Notes: generated from the sequence alone by a model not told the origin. Counted from the first letter of the whole stretch, positions 1-13,402 are shown. The stretch: DNA of 60,655 nucleotides, filler included, from Sphacelaria rigidula (GCA_964200075.2; 9 parts of 9 records of this genome joined end to end with filler, not necessarily neighbours in it), one strand, 5' to 3'. Made by a program: numbers and translations.

Positions 1-67
1 CGTCTCAAAAGGGATGCGTGGTCAATGGTCAAACGACGAAGGCAAGCAACACATGAGAACGCCCCCC
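1..67 (+). repeat. Poly(C)-ended dispersed repeat, terminal module, subfamily alpha
   Basis: aagggatgcgtggtcaatggtcaaa...gaacgcccccc closely matches 8816-8889 and 20263-20336. Confidence 0.85.
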
Positions 68-1433
68 TATCGTAGGATGACTCATTGATCAACCGGCTAA
101 AGAACTTGTGAAATCCTGCAGTAAAGCTGCATTTTGCGAGTTTTACCAGATATAAAGTCGTGCAGTCGACAAACATTGCCGGGGAAACTTGGGTGGGCAA
201 CACCTCGGTCAAGAAGCTTGTGCATTTCTTTTCTGATCATGCGGCGTGTTTATGGTGGGATGCCGCGTTGTTTTGTGGCAAAGGGTGTGCACGCTGTACA
301 GCAACCATCAAGTCAGTAGGAACTCGTACTTCGCCCCCCCAAGGGGGTTCAGCGACCACATCAGCGAAACAAGTGTCTAGAAACTATATGTAGGGCCTGT
401 GAGAACCGCCAAAGACAAGATATATAGTCGCGGAGTCAACTTGCATGGTACACTGAGCATGAAGGGCAAAAAGGCAAAATAGGGAAACTACGTACGTCTG
501 CGTACAGAATAAGTAATGGCAAGGCAATGCACGGGAAGATGAGTGGCAGCATGATATTGAAAACCAAGTTTGAAGCAACTGAACAACGTAGTATCCAACT
601 GTGGTACCGCGAAGGAACAAGGTGGTATCCCACTACGGCACAGGGTGCGCGTCCAGAAGTCAACCTGTTGAATAGCAAACCATACAATCGATCACCACAG
701 TGGGGAAAAAATGGAGATCATGATTAGTGACACCGAGGCAATAATCCTGCCGCCAGAATCATATAAAAAGGTAAACGGGGTTAGCTAAACAAAACCAGAT
801 TGCTCACACTCCACGCCGGAACATACCGTCATAAGCAAACCGTTCAGTGTTTCCGTCATGAGCAAACCGTTCAGAGTTTCCTGCGTGTCCTCCCCAGAGC
901 AATCACGTCCAGCGCCGGTTTCCTCATCGGGATGCGACACACCCAAGACAAGCCCGGAAGTGCAGGAAATATTGGAATGTATGATGAAAGAAAATCAATT
1001 AAGATCGGAAAATTGGAAGCTTTACCGCACGTGCATTTCACAAATCCCCATGGCCACAATAAAAATGCGAAATAAATACAGATCATGGTGGGTTGATTGT
1101 CCTAATTCAATATGCAACAAAATTACCGAAATAATATGGAGAATGCCTGGAACACGATCATTGCTGGTCAGGTACAGCGGTGATACTATGGGTGAACAGG
1201 TGTAGGCCAGGCGAAGGTGATACAATGCAGGCGACAATGACAAAACAAAAACTGTGCGATCAGATCGAAGCAAGGTTCAAAAAGAAGATGAGGGCGGAAA
1301 AGACGCGTGCACATGACAGCATGGGATGCGATAGCAAGCGAGAAAAGTATAGCCGACAGTAGGCGGTAGAGGCAAAAACAACACAACAAGCGGGACAACA
1401 ACAGCCAACCAGGGTAGCAGAAAGCACGGTGAA

Positions 1434-1465
1434 AGCAGCAGCAGCAGCAGCAGCAAAAGCAACGA

Positions 1466-1507
<42 letters not shown>

Positions 1508-1522
1508 ACAACCACAACAACC

Positions 1523-1570
<48 letters not shown>

Positions 1571-1740
1571 CACAGCAGCAACAACCAACAACATACAGCA
1601 GCGGCGCGGCAACGACGAAAAACAGCGCAGAAAAACAGCACAGCCGTGCGGCGAGCCGCAGCAACACACAGCGGCGGCACGGCAGCGACGAACAACAGCA
1701 CAGAACAACAGCGAAAACCTCAACAACAGACAACAACAAC
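1434..1740. repeat. Compound (CAG)n/(CAA)n microsatellite and degenerate flank
   Basis: Visible gcagcagca and caacaacaa runs; these produce spurious poly-A/N/V/C/L ORFs. Confidence 0.95.
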
Positions 1741-1802
1741 GCGGCTGCACAGCTTCCGCAGCTGTCTGGAGCCTGATGTCTCGAAACGCCCCGACGTAAC
1801 TA

Positions 1803-2254
1803 ACAGTGCATTTTCGAAAATGGGGTTGAAAAAATAGTGAGGTTCAACCCAGAAGCCTTTTTTTCCCTGACCTAAATTCATGAGAAATCACTTTCATACG
1901 GACTACCTCATCCTTCTCGACCTCTCAAAAACTATTTCGGGGGGTTCCTAGCCTTCCGTTTCCCCAAAGGATATGTGCGAAAGCACTCTTTTGCCTCGAT
2001 TTTGGGGTGAAAAAACTCTTTTGCCTTGATTTTGGGGTGAAAAAAAGACGTGTTTTTGGCCCAAAAATCGTGCTTTCGCAAATACCCTTTGGGGGAACGG
2101 AAGGCTAGAAACCCCCCGAAATAGTTTTAGGGTGGTCGGGAGGGATGGGGTGGTACATATGAAAGTCATTTGTCATGAATTTAGGTTAGGGAAAGCACGG
2201 CTTTTGAGTTGAACCTCATTTTTTTGTTTAACCCCATTTTCGAAAATCCACTGT
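1803..2254. mobile_element. Palindromic MITE family A (Tc1/mariner-like, TA flanks)
   Basis: Arms of about 180 bp (acagtgcattttcgaaaatggggtt... / ...aaccccattttcgaaaatccactgt); TA on both sides; 30-bp direct repeat in the spacer; a second copy begins at 60597. Confidence 0.85.
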
Positions 2255-3744
2255 TAATTGTAGACCCTCTGGTTCGTTGAAATCGTGCAATCTCGTTCGA
2301 CCTTATTGCTTTTGATCAATTGTTCTGGCTAAGTTATTTACTTTTGCTTTGGACGTCTGCAGTGGCGTGCTGATGAACCATCCCGGATGAACTCGTGCAT
2401 AAAGCTGTTCGTTGGTGGCTCTCTGCTTGGGTTGTAAGTAACGTAGTGCAATGCGGCGGGAAACAACGCAATACCACGCACAGACAGGACGACAAAGCCT
2501 ACCTAGTCCATGCTTACCCTTTACTGTTCCGCGTAATTGTGATTGAGGCAATCCGAAAAGAGAGTACAAGCATATCCTGATGCAGTTGTTTTTGCTATTA
2601 AAACCAATGAGGGCACGCAACTGTGAAGCAGCGCGGTTGTGTTGTTTCGTACTCATGGTGAGAAGGGCTATGTTGCAGTGTGGATTTTCTCACATTTGTG
2701 CAAAGCACACTATTTACCATATATAAATGGAGTGACGGGACAAAATGGAACCTCGAACCTCCACACAAAAACATTTTATTACGGAGGCGCATGCTACCTC
2801 TTTGGGAATCATGCCGGAGTTGACTCTGCACAAGCACGGCATTGGACACCATGTCATGGTTCGATACTCACCGCCTAGCTGGGAATGGTGCCAGTTCAGT
2901 GGGCACCTGGGATAGCGGGCTCAAACACAATCATGAATATCGAATCCATTGAGCTCGACGTTACCGAGTGCAGAGCCAGTCATGTTCGCAGCGTCGGCTG
3001 CATACCCGTGAGCCGCGCAGGCTGCCAGAACAATATATGTTGCATGGAGGTCGGGCTTACATTTAGTGAAGACCAGAGAATCCGCTGAGATCGCAGTCCG
3101 TGATGGCGTAGATGCTCTTGTATTATTGGCGTACAAGCTAATTTGTGCTTTGCTAGTGGAGATGCATAGTCCAAAACGCTGTGACACCTGAGGGAAGACA
3201 GATCAAGTCTACCACAAAATGTAGTATGGTCCATCAGGTACCAAGCATGACACAATATGACACATGGAACCTAGTCGACTGGAAAATGACCAATAAATCT
3301 GTAACATTGGCGCTATCTCCCTTAGGTATAGGAATTACTATACATCGGGTTTAATCATCAAGAAAATATGGGCTCAAACTCTTGAGTAGATGGGCACCTT
3401 CCCCTTGATTAGACCATTAATACGATATGCGGATCACGGCCCAACTCGTCTGTGTCGATGAGATATTACTTCTTGGGAGCTTAAATCCGTTTTTAGACTG
3501 GCCCAGCTCGTACCCCGTAACCTGTCGGTCTTTGAAATTTTCAACACGTTTTTTGTGGATGTATGGTGTTAGGTGTGGATTGGGATCACGTTTAGATTAT
3601 TATCATGTTGTATCGAGATTGAAGCTATATATGCATTTTACCTCCCAAGGGTATACCTATCCTCATACCTGCATCAGGAATATCAACGAGGGTATACACT
3701 AACCCCGGATAGGGGTATGTGATGCTTACAGATCATACACAACT

Positions 3745-3930
3745 GTCGGGTACCGGTGTGAGATTCTTATAGAAGTTACAGAACTTGTGGGGTAGGGTAT
3801 CGAGGTTGCACAGAAAACCGTACCCGCAACCGGGTATATTTATAAGGGTATACCCATGACCCGGGCAAGGGTGTGAGAGACTTACAGAACTCATAGAACT
3901 ATCGGGTAGGTGTATGAGAGCCTTACGGAG
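3745..3930. repeat. Degenerate ~41-bp minisatellite-like repeat (cgggta.ggt.tgaga...acagaact)
   Basis: Motif recurs at 3748/3789 and 3862/3903. Confidence 0.55.
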
Positions 3931-6651
3931 GATCCTGGAAAATGGGGATGACTAAGTGGGGCTGAGCCCAACTTCCAAAAATTCACGTTTTCCCCGGAAC
4001 AGAGTTGTAAAAATAGATCGCTCTGCTTTGCATCACACTTTCAATTTTCTTATTCTTTCTTACGTTGGAATGGAATGGAAAAGGGACATGAGAGATAGAC
4101 GCCCTCAATGAAGAAAAGCAAGAACGGCATACAAGCAGGAGAAGGGACGGAAGGAAAGTAAGGGCCATAGGTTGACGATGACAATTTTTCCGCGCATCGC
4201 ACCATGCGAATTCTAGACATTATCGTTCTAGTCCGAGTGACGTCCTTCCACGTGCGCAAGGGTGCGCAGGAAGGCGGAGCTGAGACCGGAGTCGTCGCTC
4301 GGCAAGTTCTCGTTAGGTTCTCCCGATCTATCCCTGGCCACTACTTGTAGATCCGTCTTGACGTACACGTACAACACGACGTGTTTCCCGGAATGCCAGT
4401 GGGCATCGAACGAGACAGACGCGCTTGTGCCACCCCCCAGTAGGGCAATCGTACTTGAGCCATTTCCCCTGCAAACGGAACTGCGTGACGTAGTGGGCGC
4501 CCACCCAGATGAGTTACACAACCGAGATCAAGGAGTACTCTACGCCTAAAGAGAGAGTCTCGGACGCGTCGGGGGAAACGCCAACGACTGCGTCGACGGT
4601 AGCAGCACTCGACGAAATAAATAGGCGGTCGGGGGCGTTGATAGCCGAGAAAGGCAGGAAATTTCAAAAACACATGTTCGATGTGATGACCCCGCATGAA
4701 GCACAAACTTCCGCCCCGGGGTAAAAAAAGTCAAGACAAGTACTTCCCAGAAATAATTCAACCACGGCGGCCAGCAGAGTTCTACTATTTCCGTGAGGAA
4801 CCATGAAGATAGCTGGGTCAAGCAAAGCCGCAGATTGCTCGGGCGTTATCGTCCGCAGGCTGTGGTCGTCTACGGAGCAAGTAACGTGGCGCCTCCACGA
4901 GATTCCTACAGATTCTCGCGTAAGCAAAACCAGTTGAAGGTTGCTGGCGCGTGTCCGGCCAGTTCGCTGGCACGTGAGGCTTGCATCCTTGGCAAATGGC
5001 TTCGAACACACTCGTCGTGTCGCCTATTTGATCACCGCTTCCGGGTAAACCGCCGTCTGTTATGAACTTTTGACTAGCCACCTTGGAGAAGGCAGCCTCA
5101 GTCCACCTTTGCCCCGATATGTTGTCATGAACAGAGGCTCAAGTCGTGTGTGCCAGGTTACAAAGCACAGCTGCGTAGTAACAACTTGACCAAGATCGAA
5201 ATCAAATGAATAATTCAAATCCAGTTGTCACAGAAGTAGATTATCTCCTTGTATTTCACAATACGAACCAGAGCCAGTAGTTTCCCCACAACTAAAAGCT
5301 CGCTGGTAAGGATTCACTTGGAACTCAGAGGAACGGCGGCAAGGCTGATGATATCCTGGGCCCAAGATGAAGTGCTCATGTGAGGGCTGGGGGCGACTGT
5401 GTGACTACCCTACGCAAGAATTACATCCGTATCAAATCATAATACAGTAACCAAAGAGCAGAAACCCTCCATCCAACAAACGTTCCGGGAACACTCTCCG
5501 TTGTGCACATGACTATTCGATGTGCAGCAGACATCAACCATACTGTATCTCCCATCAACTATCTAGAACGCATTGTATATTTGTATCTTCCAACAAGCTG
5601 ACATGCCTCGACAGCCGACGAAGAGTCATATCCAACGTTCATTTACTCCGACATCCCGGGCGCTGCGGTGCCTTATCGACGCTAGTTCCTTCAAATACCA
5701 TAATAACACGTCTGACATGACGAAGTCGCGCGCTTCCGCCAGCTTCACCTGGCGAAGGTTAGTTGGCATTTGGGAGAGTTGGACAATGAAAGAGAGCTAC
5801 GTAGCCGAATCAATCCCAGCGTGGTTAGATTCATCAAGTGCGATTTAGTGAAAAATCGACCCGGCCAGTCAGAAACGAAGGATTCGTCCGGTCGGTCAGA
5901 ATAGAACCGCAGAATTGTAAAAGGCCTTCGGTGCACCTTTCCTAGCTCCGTTGCCTCTTTAGGGCCAAGCACCTTTGATCCATCGACTCTTTGGCGCTCT
6001 GAGGGCGTGTCTTAGCACCTTTTTTTTTCGATCGAAGAATTGTGGTCGATTTTGTTTCGCCGATCTCATAGGCCCACCGCATTTATGTTCCTTGAAGACT
6101 TCAACTCAAAATTATAATTAGCGGCGCGCGGAGAAGAATGGAACGAGGTATAAAACAATCGTTTGAGATTGAAAACATGCGGTCGAAAGGCACGAAGCGG
6201 CACGCTAGGAGAGTCATTTTTTTATGCTAGTAATAGAGAGTTTCGGGAAACGCTTTTTTTCATTCAAGAGTGCAAATACCTCAGGAGCAGAGTGCAGAAT
6301 AATGAAAAACAACTTGTCGGAAAGAAGTCAAGGGGATACCACATTTAGCAGCCGATTTAAAATTTTGGGGCTCAACACTAAAATGGGGCTGAAGTCGCAT
6401 TTCTCTATTGCAGAGAAGATACGAAAGAGTAACACAGAGCGAAAGTATCTATCCCCCCCAAACTCCGCAGGAGGACTTGACCGTCAGACCGCGAGAGTAG
6501 GTCACCTGCTGCATCGGCATCAATATTCACTTGGAAAAAGTATACGCCCGGTCCAGATGGACTACGGGCACCGCGGTCCGAGGGTTAAGCACCTCTGGCT
6601 AGGTGCTCCCTACGAAATAACAGGGTTGCCAGAAAAATGAGAAGGTATTTT

Positions 6652-6751
6652 NNNNNNNNNNNNNNNNNNNNNNNNNNNNNNNNNNNNNNNNNNNNTTAAT
6701 TAATTAANNNNNNNNNNNNNNNNNNNNNNNNNNNNNNNNNNNNNNNNNNNN
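6652..6751. other. Artificial 100-bp contig linker (44N + TTAATTAATTAA + 44N)
   Basis: The identical linker recurs every 6750-6751 bp; the 12-mer gives stop codons in all six frames. Confidence 0.97.
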
Positions 6752-6783
6752 ATTGATGAACCTCATTTTATAGAATCCTCTGT
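6752..6783. mobile_element. Right terminus of MITE family C, inserted in a Gypsy integrase
   Basis: attgatgaacctcattttatagaatcctctgt matches the end of 38119-38536. Confidence 0.85.
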
Positions 6784-6784
6784 T

Positions 6785-8106
6785 GTAGATCAAGCCCCTA
6801 AGTTCTTATTCGACTTCCCACTCCAAACAAAGCAGACTGAGAGTGTAGCTCGCATCCTTGCCGAGCTATACTTGACATTCGGCGTGCCTCACAAAGTCCG
6901 TAGTGACGGAGGAAAGGAACTTAGAGCCGAGGTGGTGACACACCTGTGCTGGTGACTGAAAGCAGACATTGCTTTTGGACCCTTCGATCACCCCAGAGTA
7001 CAAGGAGCAATCGAGAGGTTGGGGGAATGGCCACTAGACATGCTGGCGGAGCTGTGTAAGTCGTGGCCCCAGAGATGGGACGAGTATGTCTCCCCAGCAC
7101 TCTGGATCAAGCGTACCTTGCGTGACGTTTCCCTATCCCCAGACATGTCCCCGTTTGAGCTTTTGTTCGGTCGTAAGCCCCGCATGTCTCTAGATTCGCT
7201 CATTCCCCTATATCATGAGGTGGAATCGAGGGAAGGACTGGATGCCTTCGTGGAGCAGCGCAGACAGGATCTCAAGGAGGTACGTCTAGCTCTTGAGAAG
7301 AGGCACGCCGCGAAGGAATCGACACGTGCGAAAATGAACGCCTCTATCATGAGACCCTCCCCCGGAGTGTCTGCTAGAGGAGAAGACGTGGTCATGGTAC
7401 GCGAATCAGACAGCACGATACACCGGGACGGTAAGGGTAGGAAACTGCAACACGAAGGGTATACGGTACCCTGGAGAGTGAAGGGAGTACTGATGACAGG
7501 CCTTAGTGTAGAAGTAGTCATCCAGGGTCGTAAACGTCGTACACGTAGGGTAGCCGTTTCGGAGGTAAAATACTTTCATATTTGTCCACCGCACCTCAGG
7601 CACTCGATAGCTGACGAGTTTGCTCAACACGTATGGGGTACAGATTGGAAGGCCAACACCACTCCTCCCCAAAATCACGAATTCGTCACCTTGGCGGATT
7701 GCCGTGAGATCTACTCCACGATAGGCACGAAGCAGTGGGAATGTAAGGCGAGATCTTCGGGGGGAAAGGTGTCAGGCTGGTTTCCTGAGGGCCAGCTTCG
7801 AGACAGTTTTTCTCCTTTGGAACTAGACGCTTTCCACGCACTCTGACACCTGTACCACCTTGCAGTTGCACCCAATCCGCCCGCGCACTCCGAGAAGCGC
7901 CCCGCTCCCCTGTCGCGCAGTGACGCCTTGAAGCTTTTCCCCATAGATGTTACCTTTTGGAGAGACTTAGGGGGTGTTAGGTCAAAGGTCAGGTGTATGA
8001 CTACGGGAGCCGCTTTTGGCGAGTACGATACGAAGACGGAGACTGGGAGGAGCTATCCGGCCAGGAACTAGAACGCTTAACGCGGGAAAAGGGACACCGA
8101 CGGTAG
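6785..8106 (+). pseudogene. Ty3/Gypsy integrase remnant (core + GPY/F-like + chromo-like + Tudor-like C-terminus)
   Basis: Reads FGVPHKVRSDGGKE...HPRVQGAIER...SPFELLFGRKPR; stops at 6953 and 7844; frameshift near 7985; ends GQVYDYGSRFWRVRYEDGDWEEL...*. Collinear with 48433-49758. Confidence 0.9.
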
Positions 8107-8148
8107 ACTGCACCGAAAAAGGACACCGACTTTAAACTGCAGCGGGGA

Positions 8149-8649
8149 CGTTAAGGAGTAGTGATTGTATGAGATCGTACAGGATATCATTGCACAGGGA
8201 AGGTGGTTATAAAATAAAGAGAAGAAAAACTATACATGTATATATATACATATATATATTGCTGGTACCATACTTTTCAGTCATGTATTGCGATTGTCCT
8301 GTTTTTGTGACTTGCGAGTGTTCTTGTTTCTTCTGCTTTTTCTTTTCGGGTGTTTTTGGTCTTGTCTGGTTCCCATTTTGTAACATACAAGTACCTGTAT
8401 ACCTCTCTTTTCATTTTTGTCATCTTCATAATAGTTGTTTCCTATTTTTGTAACAAACGAATACATGTGTGAGCCAAGATGCATGGGCTCTATTCCCAGT
8501 AGTATAGGAGTCAGTACTTACAGAAGAGCACCCCTCAAAAGCTGCACTCCTGTAACTATTGACCAGTTCGTGGAAAGGTTGTTTTTAGCGAATCCAACCA
8601 ACGTTGGATGTGGTTCAAGCCCCTCACTACCCCGGAATCCACTGTAACT
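8149..8649 (+). mobile_element. Probable degenerate 3' LTR of the Gypsy remnant
   Basis: Follows the integrase stop and a short purine tract (gcgggga); ends cgtta...gtaact resemble TGTTA...GTAACA; about 500 bp, like the LTR at 47599-48079. Confidence 0.45.
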
Positions 8650-8815
8650 GATCTGGGGTGTCGACGCGCGATTAAGCTAATTAGCCAATTGTTCTCTAGT
8701 CTAACTGAAATCCCGGGAAAACGACAGCGACTGTACTTGTCTGCTGTTTCTGTCGTTGGAAAGGGCGCTGAATATTGTTTTTCCTTTCCTAACGGATAGG
8801 GCTTTCCCCTGTCAT

Positions 8816-8889
8816 GCTCCGTCTCGAAAGGGATGCGTGGTCAATGGTCAAATGACTAAGGCAAGCAACAAATGAGTACGCCCCCCCCC
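8816..8889 (+). repeat. Poly(C)-ended repeat module, alpha
   Basis: Essentially identical to 20263-20336. Confidence 0.9.
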
Positions 8890-9959
8890 TGTCTAACAGG
8901 ATTTACCTATCCATTAGATACCGAGTTTTCCCCTACACTCTTAATTTGCAGGTTTTCTCGTTTCATTTTTTAAGCGTCGATGAACAGGCTTCGTTTTCCC
9001 GACCCTTCCCGCCCTTAACATTGTTTTTTTGTTCAGTCTTATATAGAAGGCTGGGGGGACGTTCCGGATTCATTGGTTATTCTCAATTCGAGTAGACTCC
9101 ATCTGTCATACTCTTGCTATGTTTAATCCGACAGGTCATGTGCCATTTTCGAATCTGTTTGATTTCTGAGGCAAGAGATGACCCTCGGGCTTTCACAGTC
9201 TTTTGGGAAGTGATCTCAAGCCACTTTAGCAGCTACTAGCCCGTACGCCAATAATACAAGAAGTATTTACGCCATCCACGGACTGCGACATCAGAGTTGT
9301 CTCTGGTATTCTTCTAGGGTAAGCCTGACTCCCCTGCAAAGGATGTTGTTCTAACGTCCTTGCGGGCCGGGTGCATGCCAACCGACTGTATGAGCGTCCG
9401 TTGACTCCGAGACCTGAAAGTCGAACTTAACGAATCGATACCCTCGAATGGGGTTGATCATGGATGTACGGGTGCCCACCTGACTGGCACGGCACCCTTC
9501 ACCCCTAGGTGGTGACTATTGATTCGTGACAGTTGTCTCCTGTCTGCCCGAGAAACAGCAGTTTGCAACTTATAGTCTATGGCATACCGGGAAGCAAGTC
9601 CTGTACGTGTACTTGAAATCAGGTATGGTAGTGGCTGGGACTAGCGCGGGACGACCTAGCGGGAATTTTCCGGGAAACCGCTCGCGTCTCAGCGCCGGCT
9701 TGCTGCGGATCCTTGCAAATGTAGGATGACGGCGATAACACCAACACGATTTATGCTTCGATACAACTTTACGCTTCTTCTGTGAATGACACATCACCAT
9801 ACCCCGGGTGCGTGCGGCAGACCTTCATTTTAGAGCCACTTCTAAGAAGGGCTCAGCCGAGACCACTCCGCTTTCACCGCCGCAATCCAAGACCGCAACG
9901 TCACGAACACCAAAATAAATTGAAATCAGAAGCACGTTGGGCCCAAGGCAATCTATAAA

Positions 9960-10200
9960 ATATCAGTAGTTTACTCTTCTTTTCCTCTAACACTGGCGTA
10001 TGCTTGCAGCTACACGTGATACCTTACATACCCTACTCAGGGATATCAAGGGCTTCAATGGCATGCTATTATACTACGGGAAGCGTATCGGGCCTCGTGG
10101 AGGGGCATTTCGGAGCTGAAACTATATAATCAATTCATTCATCGACCTTTTATCACCCTCAATCGTATCCTCTACTCTCAATTTTACGAACACGTTGTTT
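9960..10200 (+). repeat. Dispersed repeat, also at about 24360-24585
   Basis: Shared blocks gggcc..g..g.gcatttcgga..tgaaac and tcaatcgta.c.tc.actctcaattt.acgaa.acgttg. Confidence 0.65.
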
Positions 10201-10309
10201 TTCGTGAGAAGTCAACTGACGTTGTTGACTTTTCGGAAAAAAAAACTCGTTGCTGGAAACCCTTTTAGATGTAAAAAAGGGGAAAAATCATAGGTCGAAA
10301 ACTTCATGC

Positions 10310-10409
10310 CCTTTGCGAATTTTCCTGGGACTCGAAGAACCCCTAGCATCATGTCTGATGAAGAGCGGCTTCCCTCACCTGGTGAGAGCCGTTTTGAACT
10401 TACGAAAGG
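10310..10409 (+). ncRNA. Degenerate type III hammerhead-like motif (candidate)
   Basis: CTGATGA at 10355-10361; 9-bp stem agagcggct/agccgtttt; then GAAC; partial outer stem cctttgcgaatt/acttacgaaagg; stem I is poor. Confidence 0.35.
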
Positions 10410-11580
10410 AAATACTCATGGCTTTCGACACCGGAGCAACAATGCGCGACGAGGCAAGGTGGGGGAAGTTTCAACAGACAAATACAATCCTCAGCTGGTT
10501 GCTTTCGCAAAGCTGTTCCGAAGAATATGTGAATTTTCCGAAAGCGAGTTCAGCCCCATTCGAAAATTCAATCCCCATTCTCCAGGATCCTAGTAAAAAC
10601 AAAAACTCGTGTAGTGACCATCCTCTTGTGTGACTCCGGCTTATGCACTAACATATACCGGAAGGCGTGGACTGGCAAGAAAAAAATGTAGACGAGATGA
10701 CAATACACAATTCACGAATGATAGCTACAGGATAGTCGTATACTCGTGGCGACGAACGGAATCGCACGCTCTGAGGGAATTCAAGGAAGAGAGGGAGGGG
10801 GGAGCACGGCAGCAGCAACAAGAAAGAAACGAGGAGAACTGGAAACTGAAGAAGGCACGAAAGAAAATGTCAGCCAAAGATAGTTTTTACCGGTGTCAAG
10901 GAAACTCCTGACTCACTGCTGATAGGCCCCTGCCAGGGCTTGAGGCAACTGTTGAACATCATACAGGATATCGACGTGTCTCGACAGAGTACGTTTTGGT
11001 TGCTTCTCCCTCCTTTTGCGCGACTCCGGTGCTGCTATGATGCGCCTAGAAAAACGAGCACCATCTTCAGCCCGCTTATCTCCAGGGTGGGTTATGAAGA
11101 TATGTGGTCAGTTACAACATCTGCAATACGGTCCACGGTACTGTAGATGATGTATCTTGGTTCTATAGTTCATATCTTGGTATTGTAGTACGCATCGTAC
11201 TGGGAGAATTCCAGGAGAATCTTCTGCTATATCTAGTTCACAATCGGTTCTGATTGGAGTTCCCAAATTGTTCCAGTTGGTGAGTTGAAACGCCTGTACA
11301 CATGCGGATAAATTACTAATGTATGTTTGGGGTATTCGGTAAAGATAATGATCTACGGGTAGTAGCCAGGAAATGGTATGGAAGATGGCTATAAGAACCG
11401 GGGAGCAGAGTCAGTGCTCGTGCCTGTCCTTTTCACTCTTGAGTGATCCTCTTTGCGTCTCTCCTCAAATGTTAATACATGAAATGGAGTCAACCTCATA
11501 TCAGTGATGCCTGGCGTGTTAACGTAGTCCACGCACCTGGTTTGACAAACACAATTAATTAAATGTTGATAAGCTCTGCA

Positions 11581-12008
11581 AACACGGGGTTTTACAAATT
11601 GGGGATGGATCTTTTATTGGGATGAAAACCCGGAGGATTAAAATCGTCGTATCCACACCAAATCCTCAAAGTATGCTTCCACTTCTCCACTTGCTGGTAG
11701 CTATTGACAACTACTGCACGCCATACAAATTGGGATTCCGATAACCGAAATGTCGGGGTCTTGGTGGAAAACCAATTTCGGGGGATTTTAGTAGTCCGAT
11801 CGGACGCCAAAATTGTTTTTTCACCTAGGACCTCGACATTGCGGCTATCGAAATCCCAATTTGTATGGCGTGTAGTAGTTGTCAAAAGCTACCAGCAAGT
11901 GAAGAAATGGAAGCATACTTCGAACGTTTGGTGTAGATACGAAGATTTTAATTCTCCGGGTTTTCATCCCCAATAAAAGATCCATCCCCAATAGTAAAAT
12001 CCCGTGTT
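11581..12008. mobile_element. Palindromic MITE family B, TSD TGCA
   Basis: aacacgggg...cccgtgtt with arms of about 180 bp; tgca at 11577-11580 and 12009-12012; second copy at 37516-37945. Confidence 0.9.
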
Positions 12009-13402
12009 TGCAGAGCTCCAGGAGACAAGTAGATATGGCAGTCGGGGCCAAGACGAAGAAGACGGTTGAAGAAATGCAGAAGAAGATTACGGTATTAACA
12101 TTAAGAGCTAAAGAAGCAGAGGAACGGAAGAAGAGAGTAGAAAAAGAGATAGAGGGTTTCAAGGAAGAGCGAGAGTATGTGGGGATGGGAACGGGTGCTG
12201 GAGGACCAGCGGGAGGAGCGGTAATGGGAGGGGATGCTGGAGGGCCAGCGGGCGGATGCAGGATCATGACATTAGATGGCGCGGCAACCAAAACCCCGTT
12301 ATCGTTGGACAGTACAGCACGATAACCGCACGATTGAAGATATCTGTAATAAAAATAATTGACGTACGATCCTACACGCATCCACTCCCCCGCGCATTCG
12401 CTCACCGTAGGTATGGAAGATCCCCAAGACTCACGGACGGGGTGCAAGGTCTGGAGCACTTTTGAGACGCCGGCCGGGGCAGACCGAACGTGAGATACGG
12501 CACCGCAATCGGTCTCGAGGTAAGAGCACCCCGATACCCCTCGTGCACTATTACCGTGCGAAGTAGAGGTGCTGAAGACCCAGCTCATCTGACTACTTTA
12601 CCCTTGTTCCCGCTGATGACTTTGATATTTGAACTAAATTGAGGATGCCTATGTTCCGGGATATCATCATTTCACACAAACCCGTGTCTTTTGCAATCTA
12701 AAAACAAATAAGACTGCACGACTGATACGTTGCGTCAATCTATCATTTTCCCGTCTATTACGGGCAGGTAATGAGGTGTTTGCATCGCTGTCGCCTCCAT
12801 CTCGACCGACACGTGCCACATCCGCGGTTGAAAGTGGATCTCCCCTGACGCACTTCGATTGTGCTGCACCGGTGGAAAATGTGAGGGACATCGCCGAGGG
12901 TCACACCAGTGAACGAGTCAAACCGCAAAACTGGCTGAGCCCCTGTTCCTACGGAAAAGATACGGCGACTGTGCTGTTCAGTGCGCCGGAGGCGTCCTTC
13001 GCGTCCAGTGATGGCGCATCTGTAGAAAAGTAGGGGTTGGAGGGGTGCAATGACCATCCGAGAGCAGAAGGCAGGAACTTCACATTTCGATCAGCCGGGG
13101 AAGGCGCGACTCGGGAAGTCTCCATCCCCTCGGCCTCAGAAAACAATGTACGGGAGGTGTTACCACGGAATCCGCTGACAGTACCTCTCAAGGATTTGGG
13201 TAACACCCCCCATGAAATCGGGAGAGCTGCCGGTGGTAGGGCCCTTAAGGTGGAAAATTCAACTCCATTGGCCAAGGGCAAGAAGAGACGTACACCGCCC
13301 AACTCCGGCAGGAGCACACCACCACATAACAGCAAATTGTGAGAATTGAGGTTTAACTCTGAATTGAGGCTCAAGTGGGCAACCCAACTTGCGAACTGTT
13401 TG

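Noticed and set aside
1186..1837. Poly-Ala/Asn/Val/Cys/Leu ORFs
   Set aside because: By-products of the CAG/CAA microsatellite.
130..5970. Scattered short ORFs in contig 1
   Set aside because: No family motifs recognised in any frame I read.
12008..13342. Coiled-coil and low-complexity ORF pieces, two in frame across one TAG
   Set aside because: Possibly a decayed TE ORF, but no identifiable domain or splice support.
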